Positions 27,063 to 35,804 are shown, counted from the stretch's first letter. The stretch: DNA of 35,804 bases from Oscillospiraceae bacterium (GCA_902796245.1 CADBOK010000018.1:1-35804); one strand, 5' to 3'. Translations and numbers: made by a program. Notes: a model not told the origin generated them from the letters alone.

Positions 27063-28415
27063 TTACAGATTACCGGCGCATCCACCCAGCCGGTTCATCC
27101 AGCGCCGGCGGCGGAAGACTGCCATGGAGACGGCGAAGCGGACGCACTCCTCCAGCGACAGGAGCAGATAAACATACGCGATGGGCAGCTTCCAGACGAA
27201 CGCGCCCAGAAGCCCCAGCGGGACGCCGAAGAGCCATGTGCCGAGCATGTCGATACCCATGACATACGCCGTCCGCCCGCCGCTGCGGAGAATGCCGCCG
27301 CCGAGGATCATATTGAGCACCTTGAACGGCGCGGCCAGCGCGTAGACAAACAAAATCTGCCGCGTCAGCAGCTTTACCGTGCGCTCGACCCGGTAGATCT
27401 CCACATACGCGCCGCTCGTCAGCACGACCAGAGCCGAGAGCACGGCGGCCCCGACGGCGCCATAAACCATCAGCCGTTTCGCCGCCCGATAAGCCCCGTC
27501 GTAGTCCTCGCCGCCAAGCTTCTTTCCGACGATCACGCCCGCTGCCTGCGACAGGCCGCACAGCGCGCCGATTACCAGCCCCTGTATGGGCGCGGTCAGC
27601 GTCATGGCGGCGCTTTCCGCCGTGCCCATGTGCCCATAGATGGCAGCGTAGACGTTCTCGCCGAGACTCCAGCTCGCTTCGCACAGCAAAAGCGGCAGCA
27701 GCACGGACAGATACCCGCTCCAATGCAGCCGCGCTGCGGCGCGCGGCGCTTTTTCCGCGCGCAGGAAGGTCAGTTGCTTTGCGAACAGAAGAAGCAGCAG
27801 GAAATTGACGCACTGCGCGCTCACCGTCGCGATAGCCGCCCCGGCTGCGCCCATGGCGGGAAGACCAAGCCTCCCGAAGATCAGGATATCGTTCAGCCCG
27901 GTATTTAAAACGGCGGACGCGATGCCCGCGTACAGCGGCAGCCCCGGCTTTTCCGCACAGCGGAACGCGGTGGACAGGAGCGTAGAGCCCGCCATGGGCA
28001 AAAACGTGCCGGAGATCAGCGCCAGATACTCCGCCGCTGCCTGCTGCGTCTGGGCATCCTTCGTATAAATGCGCATGACCGGCCCCGGAAACAGCGCGCA
28101 GACCGCGGTAAACAGCGCGGCGACGCCCAGCCCGAGCAGAAGATTCCGGAAAAAGCTCCGCCGCACCTCCGCGCCGTTTTTCTGCCCCAGATACTGCGCG
28201 AGCATGATCCCGGCAGCCGCGCCGACAGCGGCAATCACGACGGAATACATGGACGCGAATTTTCCTGCCAGTCCGACGCCCGCCACGCAGGTTTCGCCCA
28301 ACTGGCCGATCATGATCTGGTCGACCATGCTGAACGACGATTGCAGCATGGACTGCAGCGCGGCGGGGACGGCCAGACGGCATACGCTTTTAAAAAATGT
28401 GTCCGGTTTCTTCAT
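27063..28415 (-). CDS. MATE-family efflux transporter
   Basis: About 12 TM, 450 aa; SMVDQIMIGQLG, LIFGRLGLPAMGAAGAAIAT, GGILRSGG. Confidence 0.93.
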   Translation of the reverse strand: MKKPDTFFKSVCRLAVPAALQSMLQSSFSMVDQIMIGQLGETCVAGVGLAGKFASMYSVVIAAVGAAAGIMLAQYLGQKNGAEVRRSFFRNLLLGLGVAALFTAVCALFPGPVMRIYTKDAQTQQAAAEYLALISGTFLPMAGSTLLSTAFRCAEKPGLPLYAGIASAVLNTGLNDILIFGRLGLPAMGAAGAAIATVSAQCVNFLLLLLFAKQLTFLRAEKAPRAAARLHWSGYLSVLLPLLLCEASWSLGENVYAAIYGHMGTAESAAMTLTAPIQGLVIGALCGLSQAAGVIVGKKLGGEDYDGAYRAAKRLMVYGAVGAAVLSALVVLTSGAYVEIYRVERTVKLLTRQILFVYALAAPFKVLNMILGGGILRSGGRTAYVMGIDMLGTWLFGVPLGLLGAFVWKLPIAYVYLLLSLEECVRFAVSMAVFRRRRWMNRLGGCAGNL

Positions 28416-28442
28416 GGCGCACCTCCCGGTCTGTTTGTCTCC

Positions 28443-28495
28443 ATTGTAGCCGGGGAGCGCTGTGGTTTCAAAGGTTAAGCGCGTAACGTATTACA
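28443..28495 (-). promoter_or_regulatory. MATE promoter and adjacent LacI-type operator candidate
   Basis: TTGAAA (28471-28466)-17-TACAAT (28448-28443); imperfect palindrome GTAACGTATTAC at 28483-28494. Confidence 0.5.
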
Positions 28496-28498
28496 AAA

Positions 28499-29530
28499 TT
28501 AAGGCTGCCGGTTTGTGCAGTCTGACGGGCGGCACGGCCCCGTGCTGCCGCGCACCACGAGGGAAACGGGCAGCGTGAGCTCCGGCGGGACGGGCTTTCC
28601 CGCGCGCAGCTCCCGCAGTTTCCCGATTGCGAGCTTCGCGCGCAGCGCAGCATCCTGCCGGACGGTTGTGAGCGCGGGCCGGACGAGCCCGTACATGGGC
28701 GTATCGTCAAACCCTGCGACGGAGATGTCGTCCGGCACGCGGAGACCCTGCTCCGCAAGAAAGCACATCAGATCGAGCGCGTAAAAATCCGAGACGGCAA
28801 ACACCGCGGTCGCCTCCCGCAGCCGCGCCAGCTGCTGCCGGTAATACGTCCAGCGAGCCTCCTGCTGCATGGGCACGAGCAGCAGCCCGGCTGTGCCGGG
28901 CGCGGCGCCGCGGCGGAAGCCCTCGATTCGTTCCCGGTCAACGCCCGTTTCATTGTCCGAAACGCACAGCAGCTTCCGGTGGCCCAGCCCGGAAAGATGG
29001 CGGCCCATTTGATATCCGCCGTCATAATTGTCGATGGACAGATTCACAAGCCGCTCCGGGTCCCGGCAGAGTCCGTCGTAGACGACGATGGGGATCCGGA
29101 TATGCCGGCGAAGGTCGGTATAGTCCTGCTCGCAGAAGCCGGTCATGACAAGCCCGTCCATGTTCCACATGGACGCAAACCGCACGACATCCCCGGCGCA
29201 CCGGGCCTTTTTCACCAGCATGAACTGCCCGCCGCGCTCAATTTCGGTGGACAGCGCATCCAGCGCGGACGCGATGAATCCGTCGCGCAGCGTGTGCCCC
29301 GCGTATTTCGGATGATCGTTGACGAACACGCCGATGATCCCCGAGCTGTTCCGGGCCAGCAGAATGCCCGCCATGCTGGGGATATACTGCCGCTCTTCGA
29401 GCAGCGCCGTCACGCGCTGCACCGTCTCGTCCGAGACCTTGTTCGTTTTTCCGTGGATCACGTTGGAAACGGTTGCCGTGCTCAGGCCAAGTTCCTCCGC
29501 AATGTCACAGATGCGCACACGCTCCTGCAT
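28499..29530 (-). CDS. LacI-family transcriptional regulator
   Basis: RICDIAEELGLSTATVSNVIHG; VPDDISVAGFDD..PALTTVRQD. ATG 29530 follows GGAGG. Confidence 0.95.
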   Translation of the reverse strand: MQERVRICDIAEELGLSTATVSNVIHGKTNKVSDETVQRVTALLEERQYIPSMAGILLARNSSGIIGVFVNDHPKYAGHTLRDGFIASALDALSTEIERGGQFMLVKKARCAGDVVRFASMWNMDGLVMTGFCEQDYTDLRRHIRIPIVVYDGLCRDPERLVNLSIDNYDGGYQMGRHLSGLGHRKLLCVSDNETGVDRERIEGFRRGAAPGTAGLLLVPMQQEARWTYYRQQLARLREATAVFAVSDFYALDLMCFLAEQGLRVPDDISVAGFDDTPMYGLVRPALTTVRQDAALRAKLAIGKLRELRAGKPVPPELTLPVSLVVRGSTGPCRPSDCTNRQP

Positions 29531-29703
29531 CCCATCGCCTCCTTCTGCCGTTATTTTATCTGTTCCGCGCGGAGAAGTCAAAGGCGGCGCGGGCAAAAAC
29601 ACGCGATTCCGGAAAAAGATACTTGTGTTCTGCGGCGGTTTCGCATATGATATGTATGCCGCCCGCTTTTTTGATCTTCGGCGGCGGAAAAGAGGAGCCT
29701 GTT

Positions 29704-30765
29704 TTGAAAAAACTGAGCGTTTGTGTGCTGTTCGGCGGCGTTTCGCCGGAGCATGAAGTCTCGCTGCGGTCGGCGGAATCCGTGCTGAACCGCCTGGACA
29801 AAGATAAATATCACATTTTCCCGGTCGGCATCACGAAGGACGGCGACTGGATCCTGTTCGGCGGCAAGGATTACGGGATGCTGCCCGCCGGAACGTGGCA
29901 GAACTGCGAGGAAAACCGCCGTGCGGCGATTTCTCCCGTGCGCGGCCAGGGCCTTCTGAGCTTTGAAAACGACTGTGTCGTGCGCGAGCGCATCGACGTG
30001 GTTTTCCCCGTGATGCACGGCGAAAACTGCGAGGACGGCGCGATTCAGGGCCTTTTGCAGATTGCGGGCATTCCCTATGTCGGCCCGCATGTCGCGGCCT
30101 CCGCAGCCTGTATGGATAAGAGCATCACGAAGCTGATCGCCGACGCCGCGGGCGTCCGGCAGGCGGCATGGCAGCTTGTCACGCGCGAGAGCTTTGCGCG
30201 CAGCCGCGAGAGCGTGCTGAGCGCCATCGAGGTGCGCTTTGCTTATCCCGTCTTCGTCAAGCCCGCCGGAACGGGCTCGTCCGTCGGCGTTGCAAAAGCG
30301 AAGAACCGCGCCGCGCTGGAGACGGCGGTCGAGGCGGCGCTGAAATACGACCGCAAGGTTCTGGTCGAGGAATTTATTCTCGGGCAGGAGGTCGAGGTCG
30401 CCGTGCTCGGCAACGACAATCCGTTTGCCTCCGTCTGCGGCGAGATCGATGCCGGTGCGGAGTTCTATGACTACGACGCAAAATACGTCTCCGACTGCGC
30501 CCGTCTGTACATCCCGGCCCGCCTTTCCGAGCAGACCGCAGAGCAGGTGCGCGAGCTTGCCGTGCGCGTCTACACGGCCATGGGATGCCGGGGCCTGTCC
30601 CGTGTCGACTTCTTTGTGAAGGACGGCGGCGAGGTCGTCTTCAACGAGATCAACACCATCCCGGGCTTCACGTCCATCTCCATGTATCCCAAGCTGTTTG
30701 AGGCCAGCGGCATCGCCTACAGTGAGCTTCTGGACGATCTGATCGCGCTTGCGCTGGAGGCGTGA
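29704..30765 (+). CDS. ddl: D-alanine--D-alanine ligase
   Basis: LFGGVSPEHEVSLRSA, FPVMHGENCEDG, VKPAGTGSSVG, FYDYDAKY, NEINTIPGFTSISMYP. TTG start follows GAGGAG. Confidence 0.96.
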   Translation: MKKLSVCVLFGGVSPEHEVSLRSAESVLNRLDKDKYHIFPVGITKDGDWILFGGKDYGMLPAGTWQNCEENRRAAISPVRGQGLLSFENDCVVRERIDVVFPVMHGENCEDGAIQGLLQIAGIPYVGPHVAASAACMDKSITKLIADAAGVRQAAWQLVTRESFARSRESVLSAIEVRFAYPVFVKPAGTGSSVGVAKAKNRAALETAVEAALKYDRKVLVEEFILGQEVEVAVLGNDNPFASVCGEIDAGAEFYDYDAKYVSDCARLYIPARLSEQTAEQVRELAVRVYTAMGCRGLSRVDFFVKDGGEVVFNEINTIPGFTSISMYPKLFEASGIAYSELLDDLIALALEA

Positions 30766-31190
30766 TGGTACAGGCCGCAAGAATTTCCATCACCGGCACG
30801 CAGTCCATGGACGACTCCGGGCCGCAGACGCTCGAGCTGGTGACAGACGGCTCGTACTGCTATGAGCCGGGCTTTGCGCTGTTGTCCTACGTCGAGTCGG
30901 AAATGACGGGACTCGAGGGCGTCGTGACTTCCTTCCGGATCGAGGACGGGCAGACCGTCACGCTGCGGCGCACTGGCAAGGTCAATGCCGAGATGGTCTT
31001 CGACCGCCGGCAGGCGCATGAATCGCTTTATGACGTCGGCTTCGGCGCGATGATGATCAGCGTTGTGACCGAGGATATGACGGTCCTGCTCAACGAGCAC
31101 GGCGGCGTTCTCGATCTGGACTACCGCGTCGAGGTTGAGCACGCGCTTTGCAGCCGGAATCGGTATCACATTGAAATTCAGACGATCTAA
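30765..31190 (+). CDS. DUF1934 (YwiB-like) beta-barrel protein
   Basis: ISITGTQ..ELVTDG..LSYVESEMTGLEG..TLRRTGKVNAEMVF..SLYDVGFG; coupled to the ddl stop. Confidence 0.85.
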   Translation: MVQAARISITGTQSMDDSGPQTLELVTDGSYCYEPGFALLSYVESEMTGLEGVVTSFRIEDGQTVTLRRTGKVNAEMVFDRRQAHESLYDVGFGAMMISVVTEDMTVLLNEHGGVLDLDYRVEVEHALCSRNRYHIEIQTI

Positions 31191-31208
31191 ATAAAGGAGC
31201 GAACACAG

Positions 31209-31952
31209 ATGAAACAGCCGCATATTTGTCTGGACGAAACGCTTGGCATCCGTTACGCGATTCTGCCCGGCGACCCGGCACGGCTCGACCGCGTGGCGCA
31301 GCAGCTGGAGTCCGTGCGCGAGCTTGCGTACAACCGCGAATTCCGCAGTCTGACCGGCACGTACCGGGGCGTCCCCGTTCTGGCGATCTCCACGGGCATC
31401 GGCGGCTCGTCCGCCGGTATCTGCGTGGAGGAGCTGCACAACATCGGCATAGAGGCCGCTATCCGCATCGGCTCCTGCGGGGCCCTGCAGACCGGCATCG
31501 CGCTGGGCGATCTGATCCTCGGCTGCGGTGCCATCCGCGACGACGGAGTCTCAAAGACCTATGTCCATACGGAATATCCGGCAGTCGCTGACTATCAACT
31601 GCTGGGATTGTGCGTCGAGGCGGCAAAGGCGCTCGGCTGCCCGTACCACGTCGGCATCATCCACAGCCACGAGAGCTTTTATCATGAGGAAAACGACGCT
31701 GAGAGCGCCTACTGGTCGCGCAAGGGTGCGCTGGGCGCGGATATGGAATCCGCAGCCCTGTTTACCATCGGCCGTCTGCGCGGGATGAAGACCGCGTCCA
31801 TTCTCAACAACGTCGTCGTTTACGGCGAGGATACCGCGGACGCCATCGGCGGCTATGTTGACGGCGAAAGCCTGACCGCCATCGGCGAGCGCAATGAGAT
31901 CCTGACCGCGCTCGAAGCCCTTTACCGGCTGGAACAGGAGCGGGTACAATGA
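31209..31952 (+). CDS. Nucleoside phosphorylase (uridine phosphorylase-like)
   Basis: ILPGDPAR, NREF, STGIGGSS, IRIGSCG, DMESAA. Confidence 0.92.
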   Translation: MKQPHICLDETLGIRYAILPGDPARLDRVAQQLESVRELAYNREFRSLTGTYRGVPVLAISTGIGGSSAGICVEELHNIGIEAAIRIGSCGALQTGIALGDLILGCGAIRDDGVSKTYVHTEYPAVADYQLLGLCVEAAKALGCPYHVGIIHSHESFYHEENDAESAYWSRKGALGADMESAALFTIGRLRGMKTASILNNVVVYGEDTADAIGGYVDGESLTAIGERNEILTALEALYRLEQERVQ

Positions 31953-32533
31953 AAAACGTTCTGTTTGTCGACTGCTGCATCCGCCGCGAGGCGTCCAACA
32001 CAAAAAAGCTTGCTGAGGCGTTTTTGTCTGCATTGCCGTCCGGCTGCGCGGTGACGCGGCTGGATCTGATGGCGGAGGAGCTTTCCTACTTCAAGGACAG
32101 CTATTTTGACCAGCGCGAGGCGCTGCTGGAAGAAAACCGGCGCGATCATCCGCGCTTTCGGTACGCGCATCAGTTCGCGCAGGCCGATTTGATCGTAATT
32201 GCCGCACCGTTCTGGGATCTGTCCTTCCCGGCGCTTTTGAAGGTGTACATCGAGCAGGTGTCCGTCGACGGGATCACGTTCGGCTCCACGGAAGACGGTC
32301 TCAAGGGCCTCTGCCGTGCGTCTCATCTGGTCTTCCTTACCACGCGCGGCGGATTCTATACCGGAGACGCCATGGAGATGGGCAGCCGGTATCTTGACGC
32401 CCTGCACACCTTCTTCGGCATCGGCGAATATACCTGCATTGCCGCCGACGGCATGAACGTCGCGGGCTTCGACGCGGAGGCGGCCTTGCGCCGCGCCATG
32501 CAGGAGGCTGCGCGGCTGGCCGCGTCGCTGTAG
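31949..32533 (+). CDS. FMN-dependent NAD(P)H azoreductase/AcpD-like flavoprotein
   Basis: SNTKKLA, ADLIVIAAPFWDLSFPALLKVYIE, LTTRGG. Confidence 0.9.
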   Translation: MKNVLFVDCCIRREASNTKKLAEAFLSALPSGCAVTRLDLMAEELSYFKDSYFDQREALLEENRRDHPRFRYAHQFAQADLIVIAAPFWDLSFPALLKVYIEQVSVDGITFGSTEDGLKGLCRASHLVFLTTRGGFYTGDAMEMGSRYLDALHTFFGIGEYTCIAADGMNVAGFDAEAALRRAMQEAARLAASL

Positions 32534-32543
32534 ATAATTTCTG

Positions 32544-32572
32544 TTGCAAACTGTAGAACAGTTGGGTATAAT
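32544..32572 (+). promoter_or_regulatory. sigmaA promoter of the DUF1858 gene with a palindrome in the spacer
   Basis: TTGCAA-17-TATAAT; AACTGT-AGA-ACAGTT at 32549-32563. Confidence 0.7.
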
Positions 32573-32605
32573 ACGACTATAAAAACTACACAGGAGGTCA
32601 TTTTT

Positions 32606-32833
32606 ATGGCTGCAAAGATCGAAAAGACCACCATCATCGGCGATGTTCTGGATATCGCACCCGAGACCGCTCCGCTGTTCATGGCCATCGGCATGCACTG
32701 CCTGGGCTGCCCGTCCTCCCGCGGCGAGACCGTTGAGGAAGCCTGTATGGTTCACGGCGTCGACGCCGATGCGTTCCTGGCGCAGGTCAACCGCTTCATC
32801 GAGGCGAGCGAAGAGGCTGAAAAGGCCAAGTAA
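32606..32833 (+). CDS. DUF1858 / hybrid-cluster-protein-associated redox disulfide domain protein
   Basis: IGDVLDIAPETAPLFMAIGMHCLGCPSSRGETVEEACMVHGVD; strong SD AGGAGG. Confidence 0.92.
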   Translation: MAAKIEKTTIIGDVLDIAPETAPLFMAIGMHCLGCPSSRGETVEEACMVHGVDADAFLAQVNRFIEASEEAEKAK

Positions 32834-32845
32834 TAACCCGAAAGG

Positions 32846-32872
32846 AAAGGGCGGCCAACCGGCCGCCCTTTT
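32846..32872 (+). terminator. Intrinsic terminator
   Basis: AAAGGGCGGCC-AACC-GGCCGCCCTTTT. Confidence 0.75.
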
Positions 32873-32882
32873 GCGTGAAACG

Positions 32883-33581
32883 ATGAAAGTTCCGATCTCC
32901 AACCGGCTGCTGCTGTGCGCCGAATTTGTCCCGCGCGCATCCCGCGCCGCCGATGTCGGCACGGATCACGGGTATCTTTCCATATACCTGCTGCGCGAGG
33001 GCATCTGCCCGTTCGTCACGGCGGCAGACCTGCGCGAGCAGCCGCTGCAGAAAGCCCGCGAAAACGCCGCGCGCTTCGGCGTGTCCGGCCGGATGCAGTT
33101 CCTTCTGTCCGACGGCCTGCAGAGCATTCCGCCCGATGCGGCGGACACAATCATCATGGCCGGGATGGGCGGCGATCTGATGGTGCGCATTCTGGAGGCT
33201 GCGCCGTGGGTCTGCGATGCGCGCTATACGCTCATTTTACAGCCGCAGAGCGCCGGGCAGGCGCTGCGGAAGTATCTGGCAGAGCACGGCTTTGCGATCG
33301 AGCGCGAAGCGCTCGCAAAGGACGGCCATTTTTTCTACACCGTTCTGCGCGCGAAGAAGGGGAGCATGCCCCCGCTTTCGCCGGGACAGCAATACGCCTC
33401 GCCGCAGCTGCTGCGGGAGGGCGGGCCGCTTCTGGGACCATACCTGGCCCGAATCGAGACGGCCCTTGCGGGCACCGTTCTGGGTCTGCAAAAGGCAGAC
33501 GAGCCCGAAAAGCTCCGCTATTACGAGACCGCGCTTGCGGAAATCAGAGAAATGAGGAAGCAGCATGAAAACTGTTCGTGA
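32883..33581 (+). CDS. trmK: tRNA (adenine22-N1)-methyltransferase
   Basis: ADVGTDHGYL, LSDGL, IIMAGMGG, LILQPQS; followed by a Nif3-like gene. Confidence 0.93.
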   Translation: MKVPISNRLLLCAEFVPRASRAADVGTDHGYLSIYLLREGICPFVTAADLREQPLQKARENAARFGVSGRMQFLLSDGLQSIPPDAADTIIMAGMGGDLMVRILEAAPWVCDARYTLILQPQSAGQALRKYLAEHGFAIEREALAKDGHFFYTVLRAKKGSMPPLSPGQQYASPQLLREGGPLLGPYLARIETALAGTVLGLQKADEPEKLRYYETALAEIREMRKQHENCS

Positions 33582-34356
33582 TATCTATAACGCCCTGTTT
33601 GCCTTTGCACCCGCGTCCATGAAAATGGACTGGGACAATGTCGGCCTGCTCTGCGGCCGGTTTGACGCGCCGGTCGATACCGTCCTTGTCGCGCTCGACC
33701 CGATGCCGGATGTGATCGACGAGGCAAAGGCAGCCGGCGCGCAGTGCATCGTGACGCACCACCCGCTTTTTTTCGACGCGCCCAGAGCCGTCAACGACGC
33801 AAGCTATGAGGGCCGCTGCATTCTGGCGCTGGCCGAGGCGAAGATCGCCGCGATCAACCTGCACACGAATCTCGACGTCTGCCCCGGCGGCGTGAACGAT
33901 GTGCTGGCCGAGATGCTGGGACTGACGGATGTGTCAGTTCTGGATCCCGTCGGAACGGATACATATGGCAGGCCCTACGGCCTTATCCGCACCGGTAAGG
34001 CAGCGGAGCAGCCGCTTGCCGAATTTGCCGCGTTCGTAAAGTCGGCGCTTTCCTGCCCCGGCCTCCGGTTTGCGGACGCCGGAAGACCCGTGCGGCGCGT
34101 GGCCGTCGGCGGCGGCAGCTGCGGCGGCGCAATTGACGACGTGCTGGCCGCAGGCTGCGATACGCTTGTGACGGCAGACCTCAAATACAACCACTTTGAA
34201 GAGGCAAAATACCGCGGCCTCAATCTCATCGACGCGGGCCATTTTGAGACGGAAAACCCCGTCTGCGCCGTTCTGGAGCGCGTTCTGCGCGAAACGCTGC
34301 CGGAGCTGACCGTCCTGCGCGCCAAAGCGCACAAAGATGAGACGCAATTTCTATGA
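33565..34356 (+). CDS. Nif3-like dinuclear metal center hexameric protein
   Basis: WDNVGL, IVTHHP, HTNLD..GGVND, TADLKYNH, DAGHFETE. Confidence 0.95.
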   Translation: MKTVRDIYNALFAFAPASMKMDWDNVGLLCGRFDAPVDTVLVALDPMPDVIDEAKAAGAQCIVTHHPLFFDAPRAVNDASYEGRCILALAEAKIAAINLHTNLDVCPGGVNDVLAEMLGLTDVSVLDPVGTDTYGRPYGLIRTGKAAEQPLAEFAAFVKSALSCPGLRFADAGRPVRRVAVGGGSCGGAIDDVLAAGCDTLVTADLKYNHFEEAKYRGLNLIDAGHFETENPVCAVLERVLRETLPELTVLRAKAHKDETQFL

Positions 34357-34361
34357 AACAG

Positions 34362-34391
34362 TTGACCTCCGCCCGCTGTCTGTGATAAAAT
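34362..34391 (+). promoter_or_regulatory. sigmaA promoter of yebC
   Basis: TTGACC-18-TAAAAT with extended TG. Confidence 0.6.
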
Positions 34392-34426
34392 AACAAGAGA
34401 TATTGTAACGAAGGGAAGAACACCTC

Positions 34427-35164
34427 ATGTCCGGACATTCCAAGTGGCATAACATTCAGAAAACCAAGGGCGCGCAGGATGCCAAGCGCGCGGCAGCCTT
34501 CACGAAAATTTCCAAGGAAATGATCGTGGCTGTCAAGGAGGGCGGCGGCATCGCCGACCCCGCGTATAACTCCCGCCTCGCGACCGTCATCACCAAGGCC
34601 AAGGCCGCCAACATGCCGAACGACAACATCAAGCGCGTGCTGGAAAAAGCAGCGGCGTCCGGCAGCGGCGATAACTATGAAACCATCACCTACGAGGGCC
34701 ACGGCCCCTGCGGCGTCGCCGTCATCGTTGAGACCATGACCGACAACCGCAACCGCACTGCGGGCAGCGTCCGTCACCATTTCGACAAATACGGCGGCAG
34801 CCTCGGCACCAACGGCTGCGTCAGCTGGTCGTTCGACCGCAAGGGCGTCATCGTCATCGACAATGAAGACGAAGAGCTCGACGAGGATACCGTCATGATG
34901 GACGCGCTCGACGCCGGCGCCGCCGATTTCCAGCCGGAAGAGGGCTGCTTCACCGTCTATACCGACCCCGATTCCATCAACGACGTCGCCAAGGCGCTCG
35001 AGGACAAGGGCTATAAATTCGACTCCGCCCAGATCGAGATGGTCCACCAGACCTACCAGAAGCTAGAAAAGCAGGAAGACCGCGACAACATGGAAAAAAT
35101 GCTCGACCTCTTCGAAGAAGACGACGACGTCCAGAACGTCTGGCATAACTGGGATCAGGAGTAA
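34427..35164 (+). CDS. yebC: YebC/PmpR family protein
   Basis: MSGHSKWHNI, ANMPNDNI, YEGHGPCG, TDNRNRT, DDDVQNVWHN. Confidence 0.97.
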   Translation: MSGHSKWHNIQKTKGAQDAKRAAAFTKISKEMIVAVKEGGGIADPAYNSRLATVITKAKAANMPNDNIKRVLEKAAASGSGDNYETITYEGHGPCGVAVIVETMTDNRNRTAGSVRHHFDKYGGSLGTNGCVSWSFDRKGVIVIDNEDEELDEDTVMMDALDAGAADFQPEEGCFTVYTDPDSINDVAKALEDKGYKFDSAQIEMVHQTYQKLEKQEDRDNMEKMLDLFEEDDDVQNVWHNWDQE

Positions 35165-35195
35165 GCAGAAAACGCGTATAATCAATAAAGAGAAG

Positions 35196-35226
35196 AAAAG
35201 GCAGCGGAGAGATCCGCTGCCTTTTT
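35196..35226 (+). terminator. Intrinsic terminator of yebC
   Basis: AAAAGGCAGCGGA-GAGA-TCCGCTGCCTTTTT. Confidence 0.88.
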
Positions 35227-35242
35227 GCTGCGGCGGGTTCCA

Positions 35243-35285
35243 CCACTCAGGACCTTCGGGCCAGCTCCCCCTTTCAGGGAAGCCT
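35243..35285 (+). repeat. REP-like element (uninterrupted unit)
   Basis: CCACTCAGGACCTTCGGGCCAGCTCCCCCTTTCAGGGAAGCC; the first hairpin is nearly identical to the copy at 3129. Confidence 0.65.
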
Positions 35286-35319
35286 TGGTTCCTGCAAACA
35301 CAGAAAACCTTCCCGCAAA

Positions 35320-35682
35320 AAGGTGCAGCCTGACAAACTCAGACTGCACCTTCTATTTATGGCAGTTGTTCTACGGCAACTAGCTGCAAACTTGATACCT
35401 CCGTATCAGGCGGCGCGTACCAAGATGCCCGTGAGGTGACTTCCAAGTGGAACGACGCCTGAAATATTGGTGCTCACCCGAATTCAGAGGCAGAAAGCAC
35501 CAAACGCGTCCAAGCGCCCCTTTTCTCCCCTATCTTTTCCGGCAAGGCGGAAAAGATAGGGCCGCCGGAGGCGCGTCAGAAACGACCACGACAGAACGAG
35601 CCGCCGCAAGCGACGTCTCTTATCCTCTGTGCTCGTTTCTTCCTTTCCAAACCGCAAGCTGAACTTGCGGTTTGGGTTTTTC
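35320..35682. other. Multi-hairpin non-coding element (MITE-like repeat or ncRNA)
   Basis: About eight consecutive inverted repeats, ending in a 12-bp stem plus T-run; no credible ORF. Confidence 0.4.
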
Positions 35683-35700
35683 TATGCAAATCTGCTACAA

Positions 35701-35799
35701 CCTCTCAGTCTCGGCTTCGCCGAGCCAGCATCCCTACCCCTTTTGTCCCTTCGGGACATTTCCCCCTGATAGGGGGAATCGGCCCCTGGAAGGGGAGCC
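35701..35799 (+). repeat. REP-like element carrying a nested second palindromic unit
   Basis: CCTCTCAG-hairpin-CAGC [ATCCCTACCCCTTTTGTCCCTTCGGGACATTTCCCCCTGATAGGGGGAATCGG] CCCCTGGAAGGGGAGCC. Confidence 0.7.
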
Positions 35800-35804
35800 A
35801 AGGG

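Noticed and set aside
29704-30765. Van-type D-Ala-D-Lac/D-Ser ligase
   Set aside because: FYDYDAKY and SMYP motifs are Ddl-type, there are no vanH/X/T neighbours, and the context is housekeeping.
35447-35662. 71-aa ORF in the terminal intergenic region
   Set aside because: GTG start without a well-placed SD, runs through strong hairpins, and has no protein-like motifs.

Overview
GC-rich bacterial chromosomal window, most consistent with an anaerobic gut Bacillota (Oscillospiraceae-like; inferred from SLH proteins, an ECF S-component, trmK-nif3, ddl-DUF1934, sigmaA promoters and clostridial REP-like repeats). From about 10 kb onward it is mostly ordinary: heterodimeric ABC exporter, CapA and GH25 envelope genes, DMT, ABC-F, HAD, amidohydrolase, ECF-S/YwlG, a small sugar/polyol cluster, MATE/LacI, ddl, nucleoside phosphorylase, azoreductase, DUF1858, trmK, nif3 and yebC. 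The unusual part is 3.3-9.8 kb, a cell-surface island that appears collapsed by several deletions. It includes one open 271-aa ORF joining the N-half of a signal peptidase I, the LPxTG tail of a pilin and the C-half of a class C sortase, plus a fused and interrupted Ig/SLH surface-protein frame. Also notable: a candidate stand-alone CU-rich sRNA with a Spo0A-box promoter (about 8675-8826), REP-like palindromes in empty, nested and part-deleted states, and a ~360-bp multi-hairpin element after yebC. No rRNA, tRNA, CRISPR array, transposase or integrase was seen. All assignments come from reading motifs; no searches were run.
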